64,000 bases of DNA, from assembly GCA_026414745.1 (NCBI GenBank), contig JAOAIK010000022.1:20821-84820 (forward strand), read 5' to 3'. A model generated the notes under the pieces. The model had not been told where the DNA came from and did not search any database. It worked only from the letters and a program-made list of their open reading frames with translations. This document shows positions 56,992 through 64,000 of the stretch, piece by piece. Position 1 is the first letter of the stretch; every line of letters begins with the position of its first letter. Origin of the DNA: Roseococcus sp. Its GTDB lineage: Bacteria; Pseudomonadota; Alphaproteobacteria; Acetobacterales; Acetobacteraceae. The position numbers and the translations under genes are program-made.

Positions 56992-57582
56992 TCAGAGAAT
57001 CCGCGCCGCTTCGTCGAACGCGAGGCGCGGGCTGCGCGGGAAAAGCCCCGCCGGGTCACCGTAGCCGAGATTGACCAGGAAGTTCGACTTCCAGCCCGTG
57101 TCGGCGAGGAAGAGCTCGTCCACCTTCATGTTGTCGAAGCCGCTCATCGCCCCGACATCGAGGCCCAGCGCGCGCGCGGCGAGCATCAGATAGGCGCCCT
57201 GCAGCGTGCCGTTGCGGAAGGCCGTGGTGTCGGCCAGCGACCAGTTGCCCGCGAACCAGGACTTCGCGTCCGCATGCGGGAAGAGCCGGGGCAGGAGGTC
57301 GTAGAACTTCGGATCATGCGCCACGATGACGGTGACCGGGGCGGTCATGGTCTTCTCGATGTTGCCGGGCGAGAGCGCCTCCTTCAGCTTCGCCTTCGCC
57401 TCGGGCGAGCGCAGGAAGAGGAAGCGCGCGGGCGAGGAGTTGGCGCTGGTCGGCCCCCATTTCAGCAGATCGTAGAGGGCGCGCAGCGTCTCGTCGGAGA
57501 CGGGCTTGTCCAGCCACTTGTTGTGGGTGCGCGCGGCGCGGAAGAGCTGGTCGAGCGCGGCGGGCGGCAGGGCTTCGGTCAT
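56992..57582 (-). CDS. RutE-family nitroreductase (malonic semialdehyde reductase-like)
   Basis: Start at [38 protein letters not shown] and GAMSGFD are colinear with E. coli RutE. There is no rut operon around it. Confidence 0.88.
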   Translation of the reverse strand: MTEALPPAALDQLFRAARTHNKWLDKPVSDETLRALYDLLKWGPTSANSSPARFLFLRSPEAKAKLKEALSPGNIEKTMTAPVTVIVAHDPKFYDLLPRLFPHADAKSWFAGNWSLADTTAFRNGTLQGAYLMLAARALGLDVGAMSGFDNMKVDELFLADTGWKSNFLVNLGYGDPAGLFPRSPRLAFDEAARIL

Positions 57583-57729
57583 GGCGGCTCCGTTCGGTGG
57601 GTCGCCGGCGGATATGCGGGTGACCGCGCGGCCTGCCAATCCCGCCCCTCATGGCCCTGGCCCATGGGCCCGATGGACGGGGCGGATGACGGGGCGTAGC
57701 CTCCGCCGCGCAAGGGGAGGAGGACGCCC

Positions 57730-58734
57730 ATGGACCTGCGCGACACGCTGAAGGGGCGGCTTCGCCTGCCGCTGATCGGCTCGCCGCTGTTCATCATCTC
57801 GGTGCCCGATCTCGTGGTGGCCCAGTGCAGCGCGGGCGTGATCGGCGCGATGCCCTCGCTGAACGCGCGGCCGCTCGAGCAGCTCGACGACTGGCTGGCC
57901 GAGATCAGGGAGCGCCTGGCGGCGCATGACCGCGCCCATCCCGACCGGCCCTCGGCCCCCTTCGCCATCAATCTCATCGTCCACCGGTCGAACGACCGGC
58001 TGGAGCAGGATCTCGCGCTCTGCGTGAAGCACCGCGTGCCGCTCATCATCACGAGCCTGGGCGCGCGGCCGGAGGTGAACGCGGCCATCCATTCCTACGG
58101 CGGCCATGTGCTGCACGACGTGATCAACCAGGGCTTCGCGCACAAGGCCATCGAGAAGGGCGCGGACGGGCTGGTGCTGGTGGCGGCCGGGGCGGGCGGC
58201 CATGCGGGCACGCAGTCGCCCTTCGCCCTGTTGCAGGAGACGCGCGCGTGGTTCGACGGGCCCATCGCGCTTTCGGGCGCCATCGCGCACGGGCGCAGCA
58301 TCCTCGCCGCCGAGGCCATGGGGGCGGACTTCGCCTACATGGGCACCGCCTTCATCGCCACCGAGGAGGCCCGGGCGGTGGAGGACTACAAGCGCATGGT
58401 CACCGAATGCAGCGCGGAGGACATCGTCTACACGAACCTCATCACCGGCGTGCACGGGAACTACCTCAAGCCCTCGCTGCGCGCCGCCGGCCTCGATCCC
58501 GACAACCTGGAGGCCGGCGACAAGTCGCAGATGAGCTTCGCCTCCGACCGCAAGAAGCGCTGGAAGGACATCTGGGGCGCGGGGCAGAGCGTGGGCGGGG
58601 TGCGCGAGGTGCTGCCGGCGGCGCGGCTGGTGGACCGGCTGGCCGAGGAGTACTGGGCCGCGCGGCGGGCGCTCGGGGCGCATTCGCCGCTGGTGAACCC
58701 GCGCTGGGGGCGGCTCGCGGAGGCGGCGGAGTAG
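57730..58734 (+). CDS. Nitronate monooxygenase/NAD(P)H-dependent flavin oxidoreductase family protein
   Basis: 334 aa TIM-barrel FMN enzyme pattern (GADGLVLVAAGAGGH, GADFAYMGTAF). A GGGGAGGAGG ribosome-binding site lies upstream. Confidence 0.85.
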   Translation: MDLRDTLKGRLRLPLIGSPLFIISVPDLVVAQCSAGVIGAMPSLNARPLEQLDDWLAEIRERLAAHDRAHPDRPSAPFAINLIVHRSNDRLEQDLALCVKHRVPLIITSLGARPEVNAAIHSYGGHVLHDVINQGFAHKAIEKGADGLVLVAAGAGGHAGTQSPFALLQETRAWFDGPIALSGAIAHGRSILAAEAMGADFAYMGTAFIATEEARAVEDYKRMVTECSAEDIVYTNLITGVHGNYLKPSLRAAGLDPDNLEAGDKSQMSFASDRKKRWKDIWGAGQSVGGVREVLPAARLVDRLAEEYWAARRALGAHSPLVNPRWGRLAEAAE

Positions 58735-58765
58735 CAAGCGGCGCGCCCAGCCCCACATCCCGGCC

Positions 58766-59578
58766 ATGGAAAGCGAAGCGACCTGGCGCCTCGCCGCCTT
58801 CCTCGGCGTGCTGGCGCCGCTGCTGCTGGCCGAAAGGCTGATCCCCTGGGGCGGGCCGCGCCCGCTGGGCGCGCGGCGCTGGGCGGCGAATCTCGGGCTG
58901 GTGGCGCTGGGCGCGGTGCTGGTGCGGCTCACCCTGCCGCTGGCGGCGGTGGGGGCGGCGCTCTGGGCGCAGCGCGCCGATGCCGGGTTGCTCAACGCGC
59001 TGGATGCGCCGCTGTGGCTTGCGCTCCCGCTGACCGTCGTGGCCTTCGACCTGCTGATCTACCTCCAGCACCGCGTCTTCCATGCCGTGCCCGCGCTGTG
59101 GGCGCTGCACCGCGTCCACCACGCCGACCCGGAGCTCGACGCGACCACGGGGCTGCGCTTCCACCCGCTGGAGATCTGGCTCTCCATGCTGGTGAAGATG
59201 GCCGCCGCGGTGGCCCTCGGCGCGCCGCCCGAGGCGGTGCTCGCCTTCGAGATCCTTCTCAACGCCGCGAGCCTGTTCGAGCACGCGGCCATTCGCCTCC
59301 CGCCCGCCTTGGACCGGGCGCTCGCGCTGGTCATCGTCACGCCCCGCCTGCACCGCATCCACCACAGCGAGCGTGAGGCGGAGACGAACAGCCACTACGG
59401 CTTCTGCCTCTCGATCTGGGACCGGCTCTTCGGCACATGGCGCGGGCACTGGGAAGGAGAGCTGGTGCTGGGGGTGCGGGACTGGCGCGCGGCGGAGGAG
59501 CAGACCCTGCCGCGCCTGCTCGCGCAGCCCTTCCGGCGGCGGCGCGGCCAGGGTCAGGCCTCATTCCGCCCGCGATAA
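58766..59578 (+). CDS. Sterol desaturase/fatty acid hydroxylase family protein
   Basis: Histidine boxes HRVFH, HRVHH and HRIHH. Four to five TM helices. Confidence 0.85.
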   Translation: MESEATWRLAAFLGVLAPLLLAERLIPWGGPRPLGARRWAANLGLVALGAVLVRLTLPLAAVGAALWAQRADAGLLNALDAPLWLALPLTVVAFDLLIYLQHRVFHAVPALWALHRVHHADPELDATTGLRFHPLEIWLSMLVKMAAAVALGAPPEAVLAFEILLNAASLFEHAAIRLPPALDRALALVIVTPRLHRIHHSEREAETNSHYGFCLSIWDRLFGTWRGHWEGELVLGVRDWRAAEEQTLPRLLAQPFRRRRGQGQASFRPR

Positions 59579-59685
59579 GGCGACGGCTGGCCGCCGGCAG
59601 GCCCGAGCGGGCCGACCGCCGGGCCTACGCCCGCCGAGGCGTCCCGCAGCGCCCCACGCGCCACGAGGGGCCGGGGCTGCGGGCG

Positions 59686-59871
59686 ATGGATCGCCAGGGC
59701 AAGCCGCTGCCCGCGTGCAACCGCATCGACCGCAACGCCCGCGCCGCCGCCACCGACGCCCTGGCGGCGAGGCTGGCGCGGGCGCCGGAGCGCGCCGCCC
59801 GCGGCCCCTCGCGGACCGGCGCCCCCATGCTCGACGCCGCCCTCGACGACCGGCCCGGCGCCGGCCGCTGA
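59686..59871 (+). CDS. Possible small basic protein (61 aa), function unknown
   Basis: The ATG at 59686 opens MDRQGKPLPACNRIDRNARAAATDALAARLARAPERAARGPSRTGAPMLDAALDDRPGAGR. Nearly every codon ends in G/C. I recognise no family and see no clear ribosome-binding site. Confidence 0.3.
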   Translation: MDRQGKPLPACNRIDRNARAAATDALAARLARAPERAARGPSRTGAPMLDAALDDRPGAGR

Positions 59872-59881
59872 CCGGCTGGAC

Positions 59882-59903
59882 TGCGACACCTGAATGCGAC
59901 ACC
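59882..59903 (+). repeat. Direct repeat TGCGACACC x2 (13-bp period)
   Basis: Identical 9-mers at 59882-59890 and 59895-59903 inside the non-coding gap. Confidence 0.6.
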
Positions 59904-59982
59904 CTGCGGCCAAGGCGGTCCGCGACGCCCTGGGATGTCAGGGGCTTGGGAACATGGTTTCACTTCCCATCCCCTCCCGCAC

Positions 59983-60008
59983 GGGGGTCCCGGCGACGGG
60001 CCCCCTTT
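59983..60008 (+). terminator. Terminator-like or attenuator-like hairpin upstream of the yggT-like gene
   Basis: GGGGGTCCCG-GCGA-CGGGCCCCC (9 bp with one bulge) followed by TTT, 49 nt before the ATG at 60057. Confidence 0.35.
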
Positions 60009-60056
60009 CCGTATCCGGTTGCGCGCCGGCGTCCGGCCTGCTTCACCCGCTGCGCC

Positions 60057-60374
60057 ATGAACGATGTCGTGCTTGGGCACCTGCCCTTCTGGATCATCAA
60101 CTACCTGCTGGCGCTGCTCGCCTGGGCCTGCATCGGGCGCTTCCTGATGTCCGCCTTCCTGCCGCCCGATCATCCGAACTACATCTTCCGCGGCTTCCGC
60201 TGGCTCACCGCCATCCCGGTGGCGGCGGCGCGCTGGCTGGTGCCGAGCTACGTCACGGCCCTCTGGCTGCCGCTCGTGGCCTGCTGCTGGCTCTTCGCGC
60301 TGCGCTGGGTGATCGGGCTGTCCATGATCGGTGCGGGGCTCGCACCCCGCCTCACGCCTCCGGCGGGAGGCTGA
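60057..60374 (+). CDS. YggT-like small integral membrane protein (105 aa)
   Basis: MNDVVLGHLPFWIINYLLALLAWACIGRFLMS...FRGFRWLTAIPVAAARWLVP resembles the YggT pattern. High third-position GC. Confidence 0.7.
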   Translation: MNDVVLGHLPFWIINYLLALLAWACIGRFLMSAFLPPDHPNYIFRGFRWLTAIPVAAARWLVPSYVTALWLPLVACCWLFALRWVIGLSMIGAGLAPRLTPPAGG

Positions 60375-60378
60375 GCCC

Positions 60379-60684
60379 ATGGCGCGCGAGACCGCCTTCA
60401 CCCTGATCGTCGCCACCTGCCTGCTGCATGGGCTGATCAGCCCGGCGCTGATGTATGTGGCCTTCTTCCACCCGGTCTGGCTGCCCGAGATGCTGCCGGT
60501 CACGCCGGAGATCGTCTTCTACGGCTCCTCGCTGATCGTCGCGACCGGGACGCTGCTTCTGTCGGCCGTGCCGGCGGCCCTGGCCGAGCGCCTTCTCGCG
60601 CTCGGCGAGGAGGCCGCACTCATGGTCTGGCTGGCCGGTGCGGCGGCGCTGACGGGCCTCGGTGTCCTGGCCCGCATGGGATGA
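60379..60684 (+). CDS. Hypothetical small membrane protein (101 aa, about 3 TM helices)
   Basis: ATG at 60379 preceded by GGGAGG (60365-70). It starts 4 nt after the previous stop. Confidence 0.65.
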   Translation: MARETAFTLIVATCLLHGLISPALMYVAFFHPVWLPEMLPVTPEIVFYGSSLIVATGTLLLSAVPAALAERLLALGEEAALMVWLAGAAALTGLGVLARMG

Positions 60685-60792
60685 TCCGGCCGCGCAGATG
60701 GCGGCATTTTCATTTTCCAGCAGGGTCTGCGCGGGAAGCCCGCTGCCACCATCCCGGCCCAGGTGGAGCGCTTCACCCGGAGGGTGGACCAA

Positions 60793-61173
60793 ATGGACGA
60801 GACGTTGCGCAACTTCGCCGATGTCTCCATCCGGCGCGCCTGCGCCTTCACGGGCCTCGCGGTCATGACCGTGATGCTGGCGCTGTCCTACGATCTCACC
60901 CTGTCCTTCCGGATCGGGGCGCAGATGATCGCCTTCCTCGTTTTCGGCCTGGTGCTGGCCGGTTGGCGCGCGCCCTATCGGAACCTGCGCCACTCCGAGG
61001 TCTATGCCATGCTGCGCTCCGCCGGGATGCCGCGCGGGCGCCTCGCGCGCGCGGAGATGCAGGAGCGCCTCGGCACCATCCTGCGCGATCGCCTCTACTG
61101 GCACGCCGAACGGGTGGCGCTGCTCGCCCTCGGCTTATGGGGGCTCGCCCTGTTGAGCTGGCTGGCCCGCTGA
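60793..61173 (+). CDS. Hypothetical membrane protein (126 aa, about 3 TM helices)
   Basis: ATG at 60793 (MDETLRNF) preceded by GGAGGG. A GTG at 60763 is an alternative start. Its 3' end overlaps the convergent gene by 39 nt. Confidence 0.6.
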   Translation: MDETLRNFADVSIRRACAFTGLAVMTVMLALSYDLTLSFRIGAQMIAFLVFGLVLAGWRAPYRNLRHSEVYAMLRSAGMPRGRLARAEMQERLGTILRDRLYWHAERVALLALGLWGLALLSWLAR

Positions 61174-61860
61174 GCCGGTCAGAAGGACGTTGACGCGGCC
61201 GACCCCCGCGATGGCGGCCGACCATTTTCCCGGCGCCGCCGCGCGGAGGCCGCCGAGGCCGGCCACGACCAGCAACGCCCCCGCGGGCAGCCCACCCCAG
61301 CGCCGCGCCGCGGCGGCGGCCTGTTCCATCAGGGGCGCCAGCGCCGCCTCCACCGGGCGGTGCCGTGTGCCTGTCGGCCCGATCCGGGCCGCGGCGCGCT
61401 CGGGCAGCGCCCCGGGCGCGCGCTTGCCGGCCACCAGCAGTCCGAGCGAGGCGAGATCGGCCACCGCCTGCGCCGCATCGGCTGGCCCGTCGCGGTAGCG
61501 GTCGGCCGCGACATCCACCGCCGGGTGCAGCGCCGAGAAACTGGGCGGCGCCTCCGCGAGCGGTGCCGCCAGCACGCCGATCACCGCGGCCGAGACCCGC
61601 GGGTGGCGCAGCGCCGGCAGCGCCACCGGCGTGCCCGCCCGCAGAAGCCGCGGCCCGAGGAGGGGCCCCGCGATCCATGCACCGCCCGGTCCGGAAACGA
61701 GGCGAATGCCGATCACCGGCTGGCCGAGCCGTTCCACCAATGCCGCCGCCACCTCCTCCCCCGCGGGAACATCGAGGGGGGCCATACCGGCGGGCAGCGG
61801 GGCGAGCGCCTCGCCCTGCTCCCAGGCCTCGGCCAGCGCGGCCGCCAGCGCCTCGCTCAT
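61135..61860 (-). CDS. FAH-superfamily, 2-keto-4-pentenoate hydratase-like protein (tentative)
   Basis: Start at MSEALAAALAEAWEQGEAL with an ATGA overlap onto the dctM stop. The distal segment LPAGALLVVAGLGG...GVGRVNVLL resembles hydratase/decarboxylase C-termini. The protein is Ala/Gly-rich, so the call is weak. Confidence 0.5.
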   Translation of the reverse strand: MSEALAAALAEAWEQGEALAPLPAGMAPLDVPAGEEVAAALVERLGQPVIGIRLVSGPGGAWIAGPLLGPRLLRAGTPVALPALRHPRVSAAVIGVLAAPLAEAPPSFSALHPAVDVAADRYRDGPADAAQAVADLASLGLLVAGKRAPGALPERAAARIGPTGTRHRPVEAALAPLMEQAAAAARRWGGLPAGALLVVAGLGGLRAAAPGKWSAAIAGVGRVNVLLTGSAGQPAQQGEPP

Positions 61861-63266
61861 CGCAGCGGCGGGAGCTCCGGGATTTCCTCCTCCTTGAAGC
61901 CGCCCTCGGGCGGTGCCTCGATGGAGATGGGAGGCGGCCCGGATTGGCCGCCATAGAGCGCCTCGGGCAACCAGGTGACCATGGCCGGGAACATGTACAC
62001 CAGGAGCATGGTGAGCACGACGATGTAGATGAAGGGCATGCAGCCGCGGAAGATGTCCTCCAGCCGCACATGCTTCGGCGCCACGCCCTTGAGGTAGAAG
62101 GCGGCCATGGCCACCGGCGGCGAGAGGAAGCTCGTCTGCAGGTTGAGCGCGATCAGGATGCCGAAGAAGAGCGGGTCCACCCCGAAATCGTCGAGCAGCG
62201 GCAGGAAGATCGGCACGAAGATCACGATGATCTCGGTCCATTCCAGCGGCCAGCCGAGGATGAAGATGATGGCCTGGGCCAGCAGCATGAAGGTGAAGGT
62301 GTTGAGCGGCAGCCCCTTCACGAACTCCTCGACCACGCTCTGTCCGCCGAGATAGCCGAACACCGAGGAGAAGATGTAGCTGCCCACGAAGAGCCAGCAC
62401 ACCATCGCGCTGGTGCGCGCGGTGAGGAAGACGCTCTCCTTCAGCTTCGCGAAGGTGAAGGCGCGATAGGCGATGGCGAGCAGCACCGCGCCGAGCGAGC
62501 CCATGGCCGCCGCCTCGGACGGCGTGGCGAGGCCCATCAGGATCGCGCCGAGCACCATGGCGATGAGCAGCGCGAGCGGGAAGAAGCTCGTCAACAGATT
62601 CCAGAGAATGACGCGGAAGGGCACGGCCACCGCCTCGGGCGGCAGGCGCGGCGCGACGCTCGGCCTGATGATGGCGATGCCGATCGCGTAGGCGACGTAC
62701 ATGCCCGCGAGGAAGACGCCCGGGATGAAGGCGGCGGCGTAGAGCTGCACCACCGAGACGCCCGCCGTCGCGCCATAGAGGATCAGCATGATCGAGGGCG
62801 GGATCAGGATGCCGAGGCAGCCGCCCGCGCACACCACGCCCGCCGCCAGCTTCACGTCGTAGCCCGCGCGCAGCATGGCCGGGAAGGCGAGCAGCCCCAT
62901 CAGCGTCACCACCGCGCCGACGATGCCCGTGGCGGTGGCGAAGAGCGCGCAGGTGGCGAGGGTGGCCACCGCGAGCGAGCCCGGGATGTTGCCCGAGGCC
63001 ATCTGCAGCGAGCGGAACAGACGGTCGAGGATGTTCGCGCGCTCGATGATGTAGCCCATGAAGACGAAGAGCGGCACGCTGATCAGCACGTCGCTCGACA
63101 TCACGGCATAGGTGCGCTGGATCAGCAGGTCGAAGATCCGCTCGCCCATGCCGAGGTAGCCGAAGAACAGCCCCATCGCCATCAGCGTGAAGGCGATGGG
63201 AAAGCCGAGCAGGATGAAGAAGAGGAACAGGAGGAGCTGGGTGAGCCCCAGCGCGGCGTCGGTCAT
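61857..63266 (-). CDS. TRAP transporter large permease (DctM family)
   Basis: Start at MTDAALGLTQLLLFLFFILLGFPIAF. 469 aa with a DctM pattern and an acidic/Pro-rich C-terminal tail. Confidence 0.9.
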   Translation of the reverse strand: MTDAALGLTQLLLFLFFILLGFPIAFTLMAMGLFFGYLGMGERIFDLLIQRTYAVMSSDVLISVPLFVFMGYIIERANILDRLFRSLQMASGNIPGSLAVATLATCALFATATGIVGAVVTLMGLLAFPAMLRAGYDVKLAAGVVCAGGCLGILIPPSIMLILYGATAGVSVVQLYAAAFIPGVFLAGMYVAYAIGIAIIRPSVAPRLPPEAVAVPFRVILWNLLTSFFPLALLIAMVLGAILMGLATPSEAAAMGSLGAVLLAIAYRAFTFAKLKESVFLTARTSAMVCWLFVGSYIFSSVFGYLGGQSVVEEFVKGLPLNTFTFMLLAQAIIFILGWPLEWTEIIVIFVPIFLPLLDDFGVDPLFFGILIALNLQTSFLSPPVAMAAFYLKGVAPKHVRLEDIFRGCMPFIYIVVLTMLLVYMFPAMVTWLPEALYGGQSGPPPISIEAPPEGGFKEEEIPELPPLR

Positions 63267-63279
63267 GGGCGTTCGGGGC

Positions 63280-63999
63280 TCAGGGGTTCTTGTGCACGAT
63301 GGCGTCCTCGCCCTTCTCGGCGAGGATCCGGGCCAGTTCCTCCGGGTCGCGCTCGGCGGCCTCGGCGAGCAGGATCTGATCCAACTCCTGCACGTCATGA
63401 AGGCGTTGCGGCCAGGCGCCCTCGCGGATGCAGCGCACGCAGCGCACCGTCTCGACCAGCCCCTGGAGCAGCATGATGGCGCCGACGACGGGAATGACCC
63501 CCTTGAAGGGCCAGATGATGGGCCCGGAGGGGCTGAACATGCTGCGCTCGTTCTGGGCGTAACTCAGCTCGAAGAAATGGAAACCGGCCACCATGAAGGC
63601 GAAGATCGCCGGGAAGAAGAAGAGGATGTAGAGGAGCAGGTCGAGCATCGCCTGCCGCCGCGGCGCCATCATCCGGTAGAGGAAGTCGCCGCGCACATGG
63701 CCGTTGCGGCTGAGCGTGTAGGCGCCGGCGAACATGAACAGCGTGCCGTAGAGCATGTACTGCACGTCGTAGCCCCAGTTCGTGGGCGCGCTGAAGAAGC
63801 GCCGGGCGAAGACCTCGTAGACGATGGCTGCCGTCAGCAGCAGGATGGTCCAGGAGAAGAGCTGGCCGATCAGCGTCGAGAAGCGGTCCACGCCGAGCAG
63901 CGCCCGCTGCACCAGCGGGGCCTGGGAGAAGGCGATGCCCACCACGATGGCGGCGACGACGAGACCCGCAAGCCCGGCGAGGAAGATGCTGTCCGTCAT
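63280..63999 (-). CDS. TRAP transporter small permease (DctQ family) with a long cytoplasmic C-terminal tail
   Basis: 239 aa with four TM helices. The ATG at 63999 is 1 nt from the window edge, so the true start could lie outside the window. Confidence 0.8.
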   Translation of the reverse strand: MTDSIFLAGLAGLVVAAIVVGIAFSQAPLVQRALLGVDRFSTLIGQLFSWTILLLTAAIVYEVFARRFFSAPTNWGYDVQYMLYGTLFMFAGAYTLSRNGHVRGDFLYRMMAPRRQAMLDLLLYILFFFPAIFAFMVAGFHFFELSYAQNERSMFSPSGPIIWPFKGVIPVVGAIMLLQGLVETVRCVRCIREGAWPQRLHDVQELDQILLAEAAERDPEELARILAEKGEDAIVHKNP

Positions 64000-64000
64000 G

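Noticed and set aside
59437-59871. The full 144-aa plus-strand ORF overlapping the end of the sterol desaturase gene.
   Set aside because: A 142-nt overlap with a well-supported gene is unlikely. Only the distal 61 codons from the ATG at 59686 are kept as a low-confidence candidate.
59940-59975. The GGGAAC-ATGGTTTCAC-TTCCC segment as a sigma54 (TGGCAC-N5-TTGC) or ECF (GGAAC-N16-CGTT) promoter.
   Set aside because: The spacing and the downstream element do not fit either consensus. TCC replaces GC at the -12 position, and there is no CGTT.
59872-60056. A known riboswitch (fluoride, Mn, guanidine, SAM-II, ZTP and others) upstream of the small membrane protein genes.
   Set aside because: I could not recognise any of the conserved cores by eye. 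This needs a covariance-model scan, so it is reported only as an unexplained leader-like region.
59625-60503. 292-aa minus-strand ORF spanning the gap and the yggT-like gene.
   Set aside because: It is an Arg/Pro/Gly-rich shadow frame antisense to two plausible membrane-protein genes, and it has no recognisable motifs.

Overview
Very GC-rich, gene-dense chromosomal segment. By gene content it looks alphaproteobacterial, probably Rhodospirillales/Acetobacteraceae-like. That inference rests on the ctaC-ctaD-ctaB-orf-ctaG-ctaE order, a truncated HprK, and several orphan Bug/TctC binding proteins. I support about 68 protein-coding genes and found no rRNA, tRNA, CRISPR array, transposase, integrase or phage gene. 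Most long ORFs in the six-frame track are Arg/Ala/Gly/Pro-rich shadow frames of real genes, so I did not call them. Gene content in order: actP 3' end; rsmB; a GT-C glycosyltransferase coupled to dedA; a TroA-like metal ABC importer (binding protein, ATPase, two permeases) divergent from an ArsR/SmtB regulator with a canonical alpha5 metal site; the aa3 cytochrome oxidase operon, including a 55-codon ORF missing from the track; a class A PBP; accD-folC; a YbfB-type MFS; eutBC-tctC-arfB; a split ThDP enzyme; kdsB-pheA; cycM; a HisN-like phosphatase; an Lrp-associated indolepyruvate:ferredoxin oxidoreductase plus acyl-CoA dehydrogenase; an 8-gene operon (TRAP dctPQM, Bug binding protein, hyuA, hyuB, two dehydrogenases); htpX; a DUF1674 protein; a sulfide/persulfide module (TauE, rhodanese-DUF2892, persulfide dioxygenase); a PLP dehydratase; the hprK-rapZ-EIIA-NPr-EI operon; msrP without msrQ; hmgA-fahA; several oxidoreductases; three small membrane proteins; and part of a second TRAP system. 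I see no defence island or obviously novel multi-gene machine. The best candidates for something undescribed are: (1) the TRAP + Bug + hydantoinase/oxoprolinase + dehydrogenase operon and its upstream inverted repeat; (2) the 478-bp gap at 59579-60056 and the small-membrane-protein trio after it; (3) a Zn-type ArsR sensor paired with a metal importer; (4) a 12-bp AT palindrome between the divergent sulfur genes with no regulator nearby; (5) convergent genes abutting at TGATCA three times. Functions are assigned from motifs and family resemblance read by eye. No database search was run.
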